From Geosiphon pyriformis uo1 (Eukaryota; Fungi; Glomeromycota): a DNA stretch of 64,000 nt. This document shows, piece after piece, positions 23,374 to 36,560 of this stretch (position 1 is its first letter; every line of letters starts with the position of its first letter). The stretch lies in NCBI GenBank assembly GCA_016748015.1, contig JAAOMT010000678.1, positions 26,921-90,920 on the forward strand, read 5' to 3'. Made by a program: the position numbers and the translations under genes. The notes under the pieces are model-generated. The model did not search any database, was not told the DNA's origin, and was given only the letters and a program-made list of their open reading frames with translations.

Positions 23374-26300
23374 TTATCACATGTATTAGTCACTGACCTG
23401 ATTAATGACTTGGTCATTGACCACTTTCAATAGCTATATAAGTGATAAGTCTCTTAGCTATAGAAAATTATCTCTCAAACAAAAATTAAATAAATAAAAA
23501 TAACAATTTTCATCTTAATCACTCTCTTATCGCTAATTTCCCTTTTCCTACCTTCAAGTATCTGAACATCTTAGGATAAAAGATTACTTGTTGGTCTTTT
23601 TCTAACATATATAATTGTAGCATTTGAAGATTATTTGTATAAACATGACTGAAGAGCACAAGTTAATACCTGATATTGAATTCTAAGAGTGCCAACATGA
23701 GGCATAGAATTATACCAGTGGTGATCAATTGTTGACAGTATGAACTATCCCTCTACTTTCAAATTTCTTTGTTACTTTTTGAAAAGAATAGCGACTAAAA
23801 TATTTTATAAGACTGATCTTGCATATTGAATCCATACTTATTCAATTCACTTATTGAAATTGAATCTTTTTTGATTATTTCCATCACCCTACAATCCTGT
23901 TTTTTCTTGCTATCCATTAGCTTGTTACTCCAACCCATAATAGTAATATTGTTGTATTGAATAACTATTTTGTTTTGTCAGTATACAAGTTCTAAATATT
24001 CAGGTTTTGTCCCAAATAATAATAACAAAAGTTTTTTGGAAATTATTGTATCTACCAATTCCAAGTTTTTTTCATTAATTCTTGGTATAGTACAGCTATT
24101 TTTGGTATTTTTATTACCAATTTTACTTTTGCTATTATCTTATTTATGGTGTTTTTTGGTTTTCTGTGTGCCTTATATTGGATTTTTTTTATTTTCTTTG
24201 TACTAAATAGTTTGTTGGTTGATTGTAATTTTCATGTTTTGTTGTTGAATTAGTTAAAATAATTATTGTATAAGTGAGTGGATATTATCAGTAATTTCTA
24301 TTTTTTGTTTATTGCTTTTGTTATATATACTGTGTCTTTATATATTATTCCAGTTGATTAATTTAATGTGTTTGTATTAATAATTATGATTAGTTTTAGA
24401 TCTCATAAAATTGCATTTGGTTGGACTAGTATTTGTTGTACTCCCAATTATAGAATATTACTGGTAAATAATAATGCTGTATTGTAGTATGGTTTCAGTT
24501 AATTTCTATGTGCTGTTTTAGCTAAGATTTTGTTGTTTTATCTTAGCTTATAAGCTTTATTTCTTAGAATTTTTTTAATATAAAATGGCCTATCCTATTT
24601 GGAATCAAATTTTCTACTCTATTGTTTTTTTGCTTTAGTATAATATAAAAGTATTTTGTCTTTAATTTTGAATTTAACTGGTTTATTTGATAACTAGTTA
24701 TTATGTCATTTTTTTTGTTTTTTTTGTAACTTTTGAATGTTATTAGCTGTTCTTTGTTTTTTGTTTTTTAAAGTCTTTATTAAGTCATATGTTTTTCTTA
24801 ACAATATTTCTCAAAAGTTGCCTTTTGTTATTGGTTTAGTTGAATATGTATTGACTTTTATTTCAATTGATAATGTTGCTGTTTTATCATAAATAAGTTT
24901 AAATAGTGTTGTTTGTATAGTATTTTGCTTTATTGTCTGATAAGCAAATAGTACTGATGGACATTCATCTTGGTTTTTTTGACTGATTTTGAAGATTGCT
25001 TTACATAATATTCTGTTGAATCTTTCAATTAAACTGTTTATTTGTAGATAATATAATGATAATAATAGTCTTTTAATTCCAAATCTTTGGCTTAATTCTG
25101 TTAATGTTCTGTTTACAAAGTGAGTTCTTTGATCTGATAACAATTTTTTTAGACATTTGTGTCAGCAAATCAAATCTTGATGGACAAATTTGGTTACAGA
25201 TTTTGTATTTGCTTTTTAAATTGCTTTTGTTTCTGGTTATTTTGTGAGATAATCCATAACTATTGTTATATAATAATAGTTTAATTAAGTTAATTCTGAT
25301 TTAATCAAATAGTTGTCTCATTTTAATTGGTCTTAATGGTTCACTGGGTTTTGTTTCTCCTTTTTTTTGACAAGTATCACAATTTTAAATGTATTAGATA
25401 ATGTTTGAATATATTGATAACCAATAATATTTTTTTTTGGTTCTTTCCATAGTTGCTTTTTTATAAAAATATTCTGTTGTTGGATCTAAGTGCATGTTAT
25501 ATAATATTGTTTCTTTTTCTGGTTCTGTAATTACTCTGAGTGATTGATTTGAATCTTTTCTGTTTTTCTGATATAATATATTTTGGTAAATAATAAAATA
25601 TTTTGATTGTTGTTTTATGCTGTTTTGTTCTTTTTGAAATAATTTTTCCTTAAACTATTGGGTATTAATATAGTGTTGAAATTGTTGATATTTTTGTGTG
25701 TTCATCTTTTGTTATATTTTTGGATTTTTAAAATGTTCTTAGATTTGTTTTATTTATGATAAACCATTAATATTTCTATTTTTTTTTTTTTTTTTATAAT
25801 GTACTGTATATTTGAATGATAAAAGTTTTATTTTCTATCTTGTATGATGGTTATTTCCAAATTTTTGCTTCTGAATTGATATTAATTCTTTGTGATTAGT
25901 GTATACTTCAAACTTTTGGCTTAAATATTCTTTCTATTTAATAACTGTCCAATAGATAATTAAGTGTTTTAGTGCTGGTGTTTCATAATTTTTTTCCATT
26001 AAACTCAAACTTTGGCTGGCATATATTACTGGATGTTTTCATTTATTTAGTTTTTTCTAAGATAGTACAGCTCCCAATGCTTAACCAGACACATTGGTAG
26101 TAATAATGAATGACTTGTTGTAGTCTGAATAGATCAGTATTGGTGCTTGGATAAGCTTTCTTCTTTGTATATTAAAAGTTTCTTATTGAGTTTCTGTTCA
26201 TTTATATTTCATATTTTTGGTTTGAAGCTAGTGAAATGGTTAAGCCAGTTTGAAGAAATTCTGGATAAAGCAGTAGTAATATCCAGTAAATCTCAAGAAT

Positions 26301-27569
26301 ACTTGTAATTCTATCAAATTTGTTGATACTAAAAAGTTTTTTACTATTTCTATCTTATCTGAATCTGTTTTGATGTCATCATTGCTTATAACATGTTTCA
26401 AAAATTTCAGCTTTGTTTTGCCAAAGAAGCATTTGGTGGCATTAAATTTTAGTCCTGCTCATCTCAATTTTTTGAACACTTGCTGTAAATGATAAAAATA
26501 ATCATCAAATATTTTTGAGAACACATTGATGTCATCTAAATACATGACTACTGATTTCTATAGTAGTCCAGTATAAACAATTTCTATTAGCCATTAGAAA
26601 ATGACTAAAGCATTAGTTAAACCAAATAATATTACTTCAAACTCAAAGTTTTTTTCTTTGATAGTGAATATGGTCTTTTTCTTATCAGCTGAATTTATGA
26701 CTACTTGTCAATAACCACTATTTAAATTTAGTATTAAAAACCATTTTTTTTCTTTAAAAGCATTAAATAATTTCTGAATTCATAGAGTTAGATAGCTGTT
26801 TTTAAGAGTAACATTGTTGAGTTTTCTGTAATCCACACAAAAGCAAATTTTTCTATTCTTTTTGTGGATTAGTACTACTGGTAATGACCATAAACTTATT
26901 GATAATTAAATTAACTCATTGTCTAATATTTGGTTAATTTTTTATCAGATAATTTTATGATTTGTTTGTAGTACTCAGTATGTTTTTTGTTTAATTAACA
27001 TTGTATCTTTAGTCTTGATCTGGTGCTAAATAATATCAATTCTGCCAAATTTATTTTCACTTGTGAAAATATCAGTAAAATTGTTAAGTAACATTTTAAG
27101 TTACATCTGTTATAGTGAATCTAAGTTTTCCAAGTTTATTTTTTCCAATTGTTTGGATTGAAACAAATAGTATTTTTCTTATTCATATATTGCTTGTGAT
27201 GTGATATTCACATATCCACATAGTTGTGGAAAATTTGGAATGGTGTTTGGTATTTGATCTTTAACTTTAGTACTTAAATATCTAATAATAGTTCTTTTTG
27301 GTATTTTAATGGGATCTTTAGTTGTATTATAAATAAAAATTTTAATGTGCTTGTTATTTTTAGCTAATATATAGAGATTGGTAATAGCAATTTTTTTTAA
27401 TTTACAAATAGTGGCTTCTGCTTTGAAAATTTGGAGTTGATTTCTCATTTTTTTTTCTATAACTATTAAATACTAGTTATAAGGTAAAATAGAAATTGAT
27501 TGAATAGTGGAAATAATTTTTTCTTTGTTAATTAATTTTTTTTCTATTATATTAACTGGTATGTCTATT

Positions 27570-27990
27570 TTACTTATAGATCTGAATTCATTTTTCCTTT
27601 TGGCTGTAATTCCTAATTTTTTTTTGTTTCTATTAACACTAACTGAGCTATTTTTACCAAAGATAAGAATATTGTCTGCACTATTTTTTCATTCAGTTCA
27701 ATAATATATTCTTTTTTCGAGTTATTTTGTAATATTACAATGATATTTCCTATATATTCTGTATCAATTATTCCTCTCTTAATGTTGATTTTCTTCTTTG
27801 CTAAACTAAATCTAGATGTTAATTGAATCATTGTTGTTGTTGAAATTTCCAATACTAATTTTAAATCTATACAGGTGTGTAAATATAATTTTAATTTGAT
27901 AACATCTTTTCCTGAATATCTCAGATCAAACTCTGCATTAGTATCATATGCATGTTTTGACATAATACTTTTGTTATTATTGCTAACCCA
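27570..27990 (-). pseudogene. dUTPase domain of element F
   Basis: Degenerate motifs NAEFDLRY, SRFSLAKK, GIIDTEYIGNI, EKIVQTIF. Confidence 0.88.
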
Positions 27991-29557
27991 TTTGAGTTCT
28001 TGCTTCTTGGAAAAATTAGGGAGCATAATGTATTGTTTGGAATTACAATTGGAGTCTGAATCATTATTGTTATTATTGTTATTTTGAATAGAATTGGAAC
28101 TATTGTTATTGTCATTATTGTTGGAGTTTCAATTATGATTGAGTGGTAATTTCAATTCTATTTCACAGCTGTTGATTGGTTTTTTCTCTTCTGAAATTGT
28201 GTAAGTCATGTTTGGTAGTTGATTGTAAATAATGTCATAATTATTACAATATTAGAAATCACATGAAATTAAACAGTAGTTACATAGATAGATATTGAAA
28301 TATTTTAAATATTGCTTTTGTTCTTCTTTAGTAAATGTTAATTTTTGATAGTATTTGTAGAATTGTTCTGAATTTATGATGTTAAAAATAATATTGATGT
28401 TTAAGATCCAAATAATTTCTTGGGATTCTAATAAATTGTTTTTGATTATTTTAATTTCTTTTGAAGTTGTGCTTTTAATTTTGGCAATTGCCATTTTTTA
28501 TATTTTGTTGTTGTTATATAGACAGCTGTTCAAACATTTTACAGCTTTTTTTTAAGCAGTATCTATTGGCATTTCTTTTTTTACCCAATTGCTTATGAGA
28601 ATCATGTACTGACATAATTCATCACATGTTTTTTCACAATTAGGAATGTCATTTTACATTTCTTTGTTTAGGAGAGTTTTTCTACAAACAAGACATGGTT
28701 TATTGTCCTATTTTTTTTGTTTTTTTGGTCATTCAAAGTGTTCAAGAATGTATAGATAACAGTAGTATTTTGTGGCCATTGGCTATTCTTCATTATTGCC
28801 ACAACATATGTCCATTGTTGATAATTTTTTACCACAATCAATGCAAATTAATTTGGATTGATAATAGTTTGGCTGGTATTAAGTAATAGTAATATATGAT
28901 ATATATATAAAAGTAGTTGCTTGGAGAGTTTTTTTTTTTTTTTTTTTTACCCTTTTCTTTTTATGTAGATATTGGTAATAATTTATTGTGTTCTTTTTCA
29001 GCCCATAAAACTTAATATATTTTCCAAATAGGTTTTTTTTTTCCTTAAACTCAATTAGTGGCTGTTTGTTGGTGGTAGTTTTGAAATAATCACAAGTGGT
29101 TGGCACTCAAATATTTTGGCCATTTTGGCTTAATTGTAATTTTTGAGTGTTCTAATCAAACACCACATTGGTTTTGAACAACCAGTTATTATCAATGAAA
29201 GCTTGGTACTGTGTGGTTTCTATTACCAATACTTTGATGGGCACAATGATGCTATTGACTTTAAATGAGAAGTTATCAATTTTGCCAATTGAAGTTTTTG
29301 TGGCTCTGTTAGTAGTAATAATTCTGACATTAGTAGCATGATTAATTCAGTAACTTAATTGGTCCATGAGTTGTCATGTGATAATACTGCCAGCTAATCC
29401 ACTATTTAGGATCAGTTTGATAAACTGACTATCAATTTTGATATCAGTATACATTACAGTAATGAGTTTTGATTTAAGGGTGACTTCATTAAATAAAAGT
29501 GTTTTAACTGGTTTCTTTAATTTAAAAGGAAAAATGGCAGTAAGTGATTCATTTTCA

Positions 29558-30251
29558 CTTTGGCTGTATATTTGTTTTAAGTTGATAAGATCAATTTTTT
29601 GATTGTGAAGACTGTAAATAAATCTTTTTTTGTTGTCTTGGTTGGAGATTTCAATAAAAATGGTTTACACAGATTTTCTAATTTTAAGAAGTGCCTCAAT
29701 TTGGGTCTGGTCAATTCTTTGTCAAAAAGTTTGGTTATGAATAATTCTACATAAAAAAATTCAAGAGATACTAAAAAAACAATTGATTACATATTTGTTT
29801 TTTTAAATTTGGCCAATACAGTAGTACATCAAAATATTTTGGACATCAGTAAACATTTTAACACTAATTACTATGCTGTTTCTGTGTCTGTGAGTTTGGG
29901 TGGATTGTTGGATATGCAGTTAAACTCTTTTTATAAACAAACAAATAGGGATTATTGGAAGTTTAATGTTGAAAGTGCTGATAAAACTAAGTAGTGCAAG
30001 TTCAAAGAGTCTATAACAAATAATGCTATAATGTTTTCTGATGAGTTTGTTATGTTTAAAGACTTTTCAAATTTGGATGTTATGTAAAATGTTATCCATA
30101 AGGTAATATGTCTTTTAGCAGATAAGATTTTTAAAAAAAAGTGGTTCAAAAGATATGATGATGTTTTTACCAAGGAACCCTTTAAGTTTCATAAACTGGA
30201 AATTTTAGTGTCAAAGATTGTTAAGTTTTTACATAAAGGTGTTGGTGGTAT
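29558..30251 (+). mobile_element. 5'-truncated LINE, left part (APE endonuclease C-terminus)
   Basis: Homologous to the reverse complement of ~62500-63120; TIDYIFV and TNY (TDH-like) motifs. Confidence 0.8.
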
Positions 30252-31226
30252 TATTATGGGTAAACTAAGTAGGGTATGATAGTAATGTTTGGTGCTCTAT
30301 GTTTTTGTCTTTCAAGATTGTTTGCTCTTTCCACAATGTCAGTGTTATCAGTCTTTGAAGGTCTATTCATGGATGTAAATTTACTTGTTGAGTTCTTCAG
30401 TTATAAGGCACAGAGTTTGTCTTTTGTCAATTGCAACATTTTCTGTAAATGTGAGCTTTTTTCTTTATGCTAACAAGTGCAGTTATTAGGATTCAGCATT
30501 GTCTTTTTGTTCTTCTGGTAAGCTACCAAAATAACATTAATATCCAAAACTTAGGGGGAGCTTTCCTCTTTTACTAGACTATTATGATGTCTATTTCAAG
30601 ACAGTTGATTTTTCTATGTTGCTGCTCCAAACAAAAAAAAAATAAAAAAAAATAAAAAAAGAAAAAAAAAAGAAAAAAAAAGAATTAGTTCCTGTCAATT
30701 GCCATGATCAAAAGCAATTGGTCCAAATTGTTAAGGATTTGAGATGTTTATGCTAATAACATCTGTCCTGAAACAAAGATAAAAAATACTGATTTTAATT
30801 TTAATTAAAATCCATAAGATTAGAGAACATGAATTGGTAGATTGGATTTTGTTTTGATAATTATTGTATTTTGGACTATAAATATATGATAAGTATAATA
30901 CAAAGTAAAATTAATTACTAACTACTTGACTAACTAACTGACTTTTTAACTTCTACAACTATTTGCTTTTATATATTCTTTTGGTTTTACAGGATTGTTT
31001 TCAATTGCTTTACTATTGTTAATTATTGTTTGTTATTGCTAGCTATTGTTTGTTATTGTTAGCTATTGCTTATTATTGCTAGCTATTGTTTATTATTGTT
31101 AGCTATTGCTCGTATTTGTCCTGTATTACTTCGAGTTGTACCATGTTTTTTTTGTCACCTTTCTTTGTCACATTTTTCTATAGTTTTTTGGTTTTTCTAC
31201 TCGGTTAACATTATTTTTCTCTTTTT

Positions 31227-31590
31227 AAAATTGAGCTTCTGTAAAATTATCTATTTTAGCCAAGTTTGTGTTTTCCATAAAGAACTTGAATGTTGCTTTC
31301 AGTATTGCTTTTTATAGAACTTCAAATTGTGTGTTTATTATCTGTTCTATGTTGTTGACTGTAATAGTTTTTAAAGTTTTGTTTAATAGTACTATTGAAT
31401 AGTGTTTAAATGCTGAATATAGTTGGTATGTTGCTTTGTAGTATAAGTTTAAGTTGTTTCTTCTCACGAATTTTTCTACTTGTCTGCAGGCTTCTTTGTT
31501 AATTGTTTAATGGTTGAGGTTTTCATATAAGCTATTTAATTCTAATTGTACCCCAATTTTAAATAGCCAATAAATAAGTAGAAGTTTCTT
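31227..31590 (-). pseudogene. Accessory ORF3 core of element D
   Basis: Manual translation YWLFKIGVQLE...QVEKFVRRNNLNLYYKATYQLYSAFKHYSIVLLNKTLKTITVNNIEQIINTQFEVL. Confidence 0.7.
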
Positions 31591-34153
31591 TTTCTATTTT
31601 TTTGCATTTTTAGGTGTCTATTCTCCTGTTACTGGCTTCAGTGTTTGTCTGTTCAGACCCTTTCTTATTTCCTCAATCCTCACCTGACACAGTTCTATTT
31701 CTGTCACTTTCACCTTTACCTTATCTGTGTCAAGTTCTATTCATGCCATTTCCCTTTTTCTTTTTCTTTCATAAGAAGAGATTTGCTTGTAGGGGTGAGA
31801 CACCTTAGTTCTAGTTGAACTTTTGTTCACCCCTTTTTTGCTCTTATCTCTGTATTATATCTCTTTTTTATTAATTGTGATTTCTATTTGGGCAAAAGAT
31901 TGTTGAATTGCATTAAACAGTTGTTTCATAAGTTATAGAATTAGATCTAAAAGATTTATGTTGAAAAGATTCTATCATTTTCTCATTGTTTTTTGGATGG
32001 TATATATACTTTAATTTCTCAATTTAATTTGCTATGTGTTGCCTATGTTTCAATGACAATAATTGGTTCCAGATTTTGTGGTATATCTTCTGGTCTGATT
32101 AATGAAATTTGTGTTCTTAGTTAAGATACTAATAATAATGACTGTTGTTTTGCATGATAAATTTTTAATCAATTCCCATGAGCTACTTTCTTTAAAACCC
32201 TGTTTTTCAATCATAATTTGTAAGCTCCATTTCCTAAAGCTTTGTGTATGTGGAATGGGCCATCTCATTTTGAGTCAAACTTTCCACTCCATTGTTTCTC
32301 TGCTTTTATACAATGTAATAATACTTGGTCTCCAATCTTAAATTCTATTGGTTGTTCAAGTAGACAATTATCATGTCTTTCTTTTTGTTGTTCTTAAGCA
32401 TTACTAATTTTGTTAACTGCTGTTTTATGATTGTTTTCTAATGTTTCCATTAGCTGGTATGTTTTTTGGCATAAAGTAGCTTCAAAATTTTTTTTGTTGA
32501 TAGTTTTTGTTAAGTAGAATGCTATTTCTCATTCAATAGATAGCATTGCTTTTCTTCCATAGACTAATTTAAATGGTGTAAACTGTGTCATATTTTGCTT
32601 TAATGTTTAATATGCAAAGAGTACAGAAAATATGAATAAGTTCCATTCTTGTTCATTTTCATAATTTATTTTTGCTAATGCTTCACATAATGTCCTATTA
32701 AACTGTTCTATCAGTCTATTTGTTTGTGGGTAATATGGTGATGATAGAGGTTGTTTTATACCAAATTGTTGACTCAATTCAGTTAACGTAGTATTGACAA
32801 AATGTGTTTCTTGGTCTGATAACAATTTTTTCGGGCATCCATGTCTGCATATTAGATCTTGGTATATGAATTTGGCTACTGTTTTGGCATTAGCTACTTG
32901 GATTGCTCTGGCTTCTGGCTATTTTGTAAGGTAGTCTATGGCTACTACAATGTAATGATTTTCTTTAGATGTAATCAAAAAAAGACCAACCAAATCAATC
33001 TTAATTCTATCAAATGGATTTTCAACTAGAATAGATTGAAGTGGTTCTGTTATTCTAGCTTCTTTTCTTTGCTGGTATGAGTCACAATTGAGAACATACT
33101 TGAAGATATTCTTATATATTGTAAGCCAATAGTATAGATTTGTTGTTCTTTCCAGAATCACGTCTTTGTTGAAGTGTTTTGCAGTTGAATCAGAATACAT
33201 ACTATATAATATAGCTTCTTTTTTACTGTTCTTGATCAATTATTATGGAGTGATGTGGTTTCGTTATTCTCAATGATAGAGTTGATTATTTTGAATAAAG
33301 TAATTTTGCACTTGTTTCCATATGGTATTTTGTTTTTGTTGAAATAAAATCTTCTTAAAACATAGTGTCAATAGATACTGATATAGTTGCTAATAAGTAA
33401 GTATGTCCATGGGTCCAAGATTAGGTTTGTGGTATTCTTAACAAATTGTTGATATTGGTATTCTTAAATCCTTCCTTGTAATGAACTTTGAGTAAGAATT
33501 GTTGCAGATAAGTACTTCATCTTGCATATTTTCCTTCCAGCTATGAGTTATTGAATAGCTAGATTAATCCTTTATGATCAGTATATAGATTGAATAGTTG
33601 ACTTAGGTAATGTTTCTAGGTTTGTACTGCCCAATAAATGGCAAGACATTCCAAGTCTGTTGTACTATATATCTTTTTTGCTAGACTTGTGCTATGGCTA
33701 GCATATGTAATTGTATGTTCCCTTTTGTCTGGTTTGATCTGAGATAAGACGGCTCCTAGTGCATTTTTTGAGGCATTCATAGCAACAATAAAATGTTTGG
33801 TAAAATCTGAGTAGATCAATACTGGAGAGGTGATTAACCACTGTTTGAAATAGTTGAATGCTTTCTGTTGTTCCTCTTTCCATTGGTATGGTATGTGCTT
33901 AGATAACAAATGATAGAATGGTTTTGTAATGGTTGAGAAATCTTTGACAAATTGTCAGTAATATTCTGCTAATCTTAGGAATCTACATAATTCTCAAAGA
34001 TTGATGGGAGCTGGGAAATCTTTGACTTTTTGAATCTTGTCTAGATTGGGTTTGACTCCATCTTTGCCAATTACATGTTCTAGGAATTTCAGCTTGGTTT
34101 TTCCAAAAAAACATTTGTTAGAGTTAAGTTTTAGTTCAGCATTTTAAAGACGT

Positions 34154-35040
34154 TGTTACAGGTAATTATTTCTGCTGTTGAATTGAATAACAAACCCATA
34201 ACTTGGTGCTCAAAAGCTACTTCCATTAATGATGTTCTGTAAGTGTTGTATCTGAAGGTTTTGATGAAGTCCTTTGTATAATGGACAGAGATCAATAGTG
34301 TCAATAGTAGATGTATCTTTCCAAGAGTTTTTCCAATTTCTTTCTCAGCATGGTGGCTGGATTTAGTCTGGCAGTTGTGCCCTTCTGGTAAGCTATCCAA
34401 TAATATATAAAATCCTATCCTTATTTCTAGGTCTTTTACCAAGCTATCCTTAACATTAATAACTCAGTGCTTAATCTTTTAATCAATTAGTATACAACAA
34501 CAAAATCAAAGAAAGAAAGAAAATAAAATAAAAAAAATAAAATAAAGAAAATAGAGAAAATAAGTCAAGGCAATTTGGTATGTTAGTATCTCGTCAATAG
34601 CCATAATCAAAAGCTATTGTTCCAGTGTGGTTAAGTATCAATTACTATCAACACTTCATGTTGATAGTAAAGAGTGGGTTGAGATATGGAATAATTATTT
34701 ATTTGATAATTGGAAACTGGAATATTGCTTAGATTAAATCTAAACTGAGAGGTCTGTCTTTTCAGCTTCTAATCCTACTGCTATATATATAATTGAGATT
34801 TCTCAATTCCTCAATTCTTTGCGACAGGAATCCTGGAATTCTTGGAATCCTGCAATTCTTGATGAGAGAAATCCTGGAATTCTGAAATCCTGCAATTCCT
34901 CATCAGGGAATTCTGAAATTCCTGGAATCCTGCAATTCTTCTGAGAGGAATTCTGGAATTCCACATTTACTATGTCTACCTCTGATTGGCTAATATCTAC
35001 TGACTAATAATACTATATTTCCTATATTCTATGAGTAACA
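34154..35040 (-). repeat. Solo LTR (F-related family) inserted in the RT of D
   Basis: TGTTAC...GTAACA termini; TSD ACGT/ACAT; removing it restores the RT frame (QQVFERL...LKLN). Confidence 0.92.
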
Positions 35041-36129
35041 ACATTCGAAGACTTGTTGGAAATATAGCAAACATTTGTCAAATGTTTCTGAGAACATGTT
35101 TGTGTTATCTAAGTAAACTACAACTGATTTCCACAAGATTTCTTTATACACAACATCTATGAGATATTAGAAAGTAGTGGGAGTATTGCACAATCCAAAA
35201 GACATTACATTGAATTCAAAATTTCTGTTTTGAATGGTGAATGCTGTTTTTCTTTTGTCTTTTGAGTCTATTTCGACTTGTCAATATTTACTGGCTAGAT
35301 TTAGTGATGAGAACCATTTCTTTTTTCCTAAGTTGTCTAAAATTTTTTGGATAAGAAAAGTGGAATAGTTATCTCCTCGAGTAATGCTATTTAATTTCTG
35401 GTAATCCACACAGAATCATACTTTTTTGTTCTTTTTTGTGACTAAAACTACTGAAAAAGACCAAGGGCTTAATGATTTTTTAATCAGTCTGTTGTCAAGC
35501 ATTCATTGTACTTCCTGCTTAATTAGATTATCACCAAATAGAGATACTTGGTAAGCTTGCTGCTTAATAAGTTGAGCATCCCCAGTGTCAATCTGATGTT
35601 TTACAATTTTGGTACATCCAAACTCATTTTTACTGACAAAAACATTGGTGTATTGGTTCAATAGAATCTTAAGTTGTATTTGCTGTAAAGTATTCAGATT
35701 TCCCAAATTGAGTTTATTGATTTTTTCTGATGTGAACAAATAACTTTTCTTTGACAGATTCTATACTTGTAAAGTAATGTTACAAAACAAAAACAATTAA
35801 GCAAAATCTAAAATAAGCTGGAGATTTTCTGGGTTCTGAATATCTGAAGATATAGAACCAATAAGAGTTTTCTCAGGAATTTTGATAATGTCTTTGGTTG
35901 GGTTGTAAATAAAGATTCTGAAGTGCTTATGAGCTTTGGCTGATAAGTACAGATTAGCAACATTGGCTAGCAAGCAGATCTCAAAATCGGTCTCAAAGAC
36001 TAGTACTTTGTTCTGAATCCTTTGGTCAACTTTGAGAATGTACTGCTGATAAGAAAAAATGAAAATAATGGTATTAGTGTACATAAATTCTATCTAGTCA
36101 CTATTCTCCTTTATAAAATTGACTATTAT

Positions 36130-36560
36130 GTTCCTTTTTTTACTTGAGCCAAATCTGTTAATTTCTCAGACAGTAAAACCTAATTCTTTTTGGATGGTAA
36201 CCAAGGCTAGTTAGAGTATTTTGATTAAAGATAGGAAGATGACTTGGGCAATCTTTTTGTGAAATTCGATTTTGTAGGGTTTGTCTGAATTGTTCTGTAG
36301 CATTATGATAATGTTTCCCATATATCTGGCATCAATAATTTCTTCTTTTACATTGATTCCTTTCTTTGCAAGACTTGATCTAGATGTTACTTGTACTATG
36401 GTGCTAACTGAGATTTCTAATGTTATTTTGAGATCTATACTTACTAGAAAATATGGTACTATTACTATGGATGATTGTCTGGGGTATTGTAAGTCAAAGC
36501 CAGCATTTATGTCATGGTTTTTTTTAGGGCAGATTTTTTTGTTGTCATTGCTATATCATT
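36130..36560 (-). pseudogene. dUTPase domain of element D
   Basis: HDINAGFDLQYP, SRSSLAKK, IIDARYMGNI, KIAQVIF. Confidence 0.88.

Larger units (their letters stand above)
16354..23942 (+). mobile_element. Ty3/Gypsy LTR retrotransposon, copy B (sibling of A)
   Basis: LTRs 16354-17008 and 23343-23942, PBS 17015-17030, gag/pol fragments, PPT ggagagaataa; decayed TSD ATAG/GTAA (from GTAG). Confidence 0.95.
15169..29557 (-). mobile_element. dUTPase-bearing Gypsy element F (5' part lost at a LINE junction; B nested in its ORF3)
   Basis: 3' LTR 15169-16064, PPT 16065-16080, IN ~24500-25600, RH, RT (YLDD ~26531-26542), dUTPase, Cys-rich region, protease ~29100-29460. Confidence 0.85.

Noticed and set aside
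30276-30473. Duplicated small ORFs (30276/40193; 46188/55035)
   Set aside because: Duplicated only because they lie within paired LTRs; no protein motifs.
30630-30685. A-tracts inside LTRs as retroposed poly(A) tails
   Set aside because: Present at the same position in both LTR copies; an intrinsic T-rich LTR tract on the sense strand.
34795-34960. Heat-shock elements in the solo LTR
   Set aside because: Mostly GAATTC/GAATCC without the nGAAnnTTCn spacing; no clear triple array.
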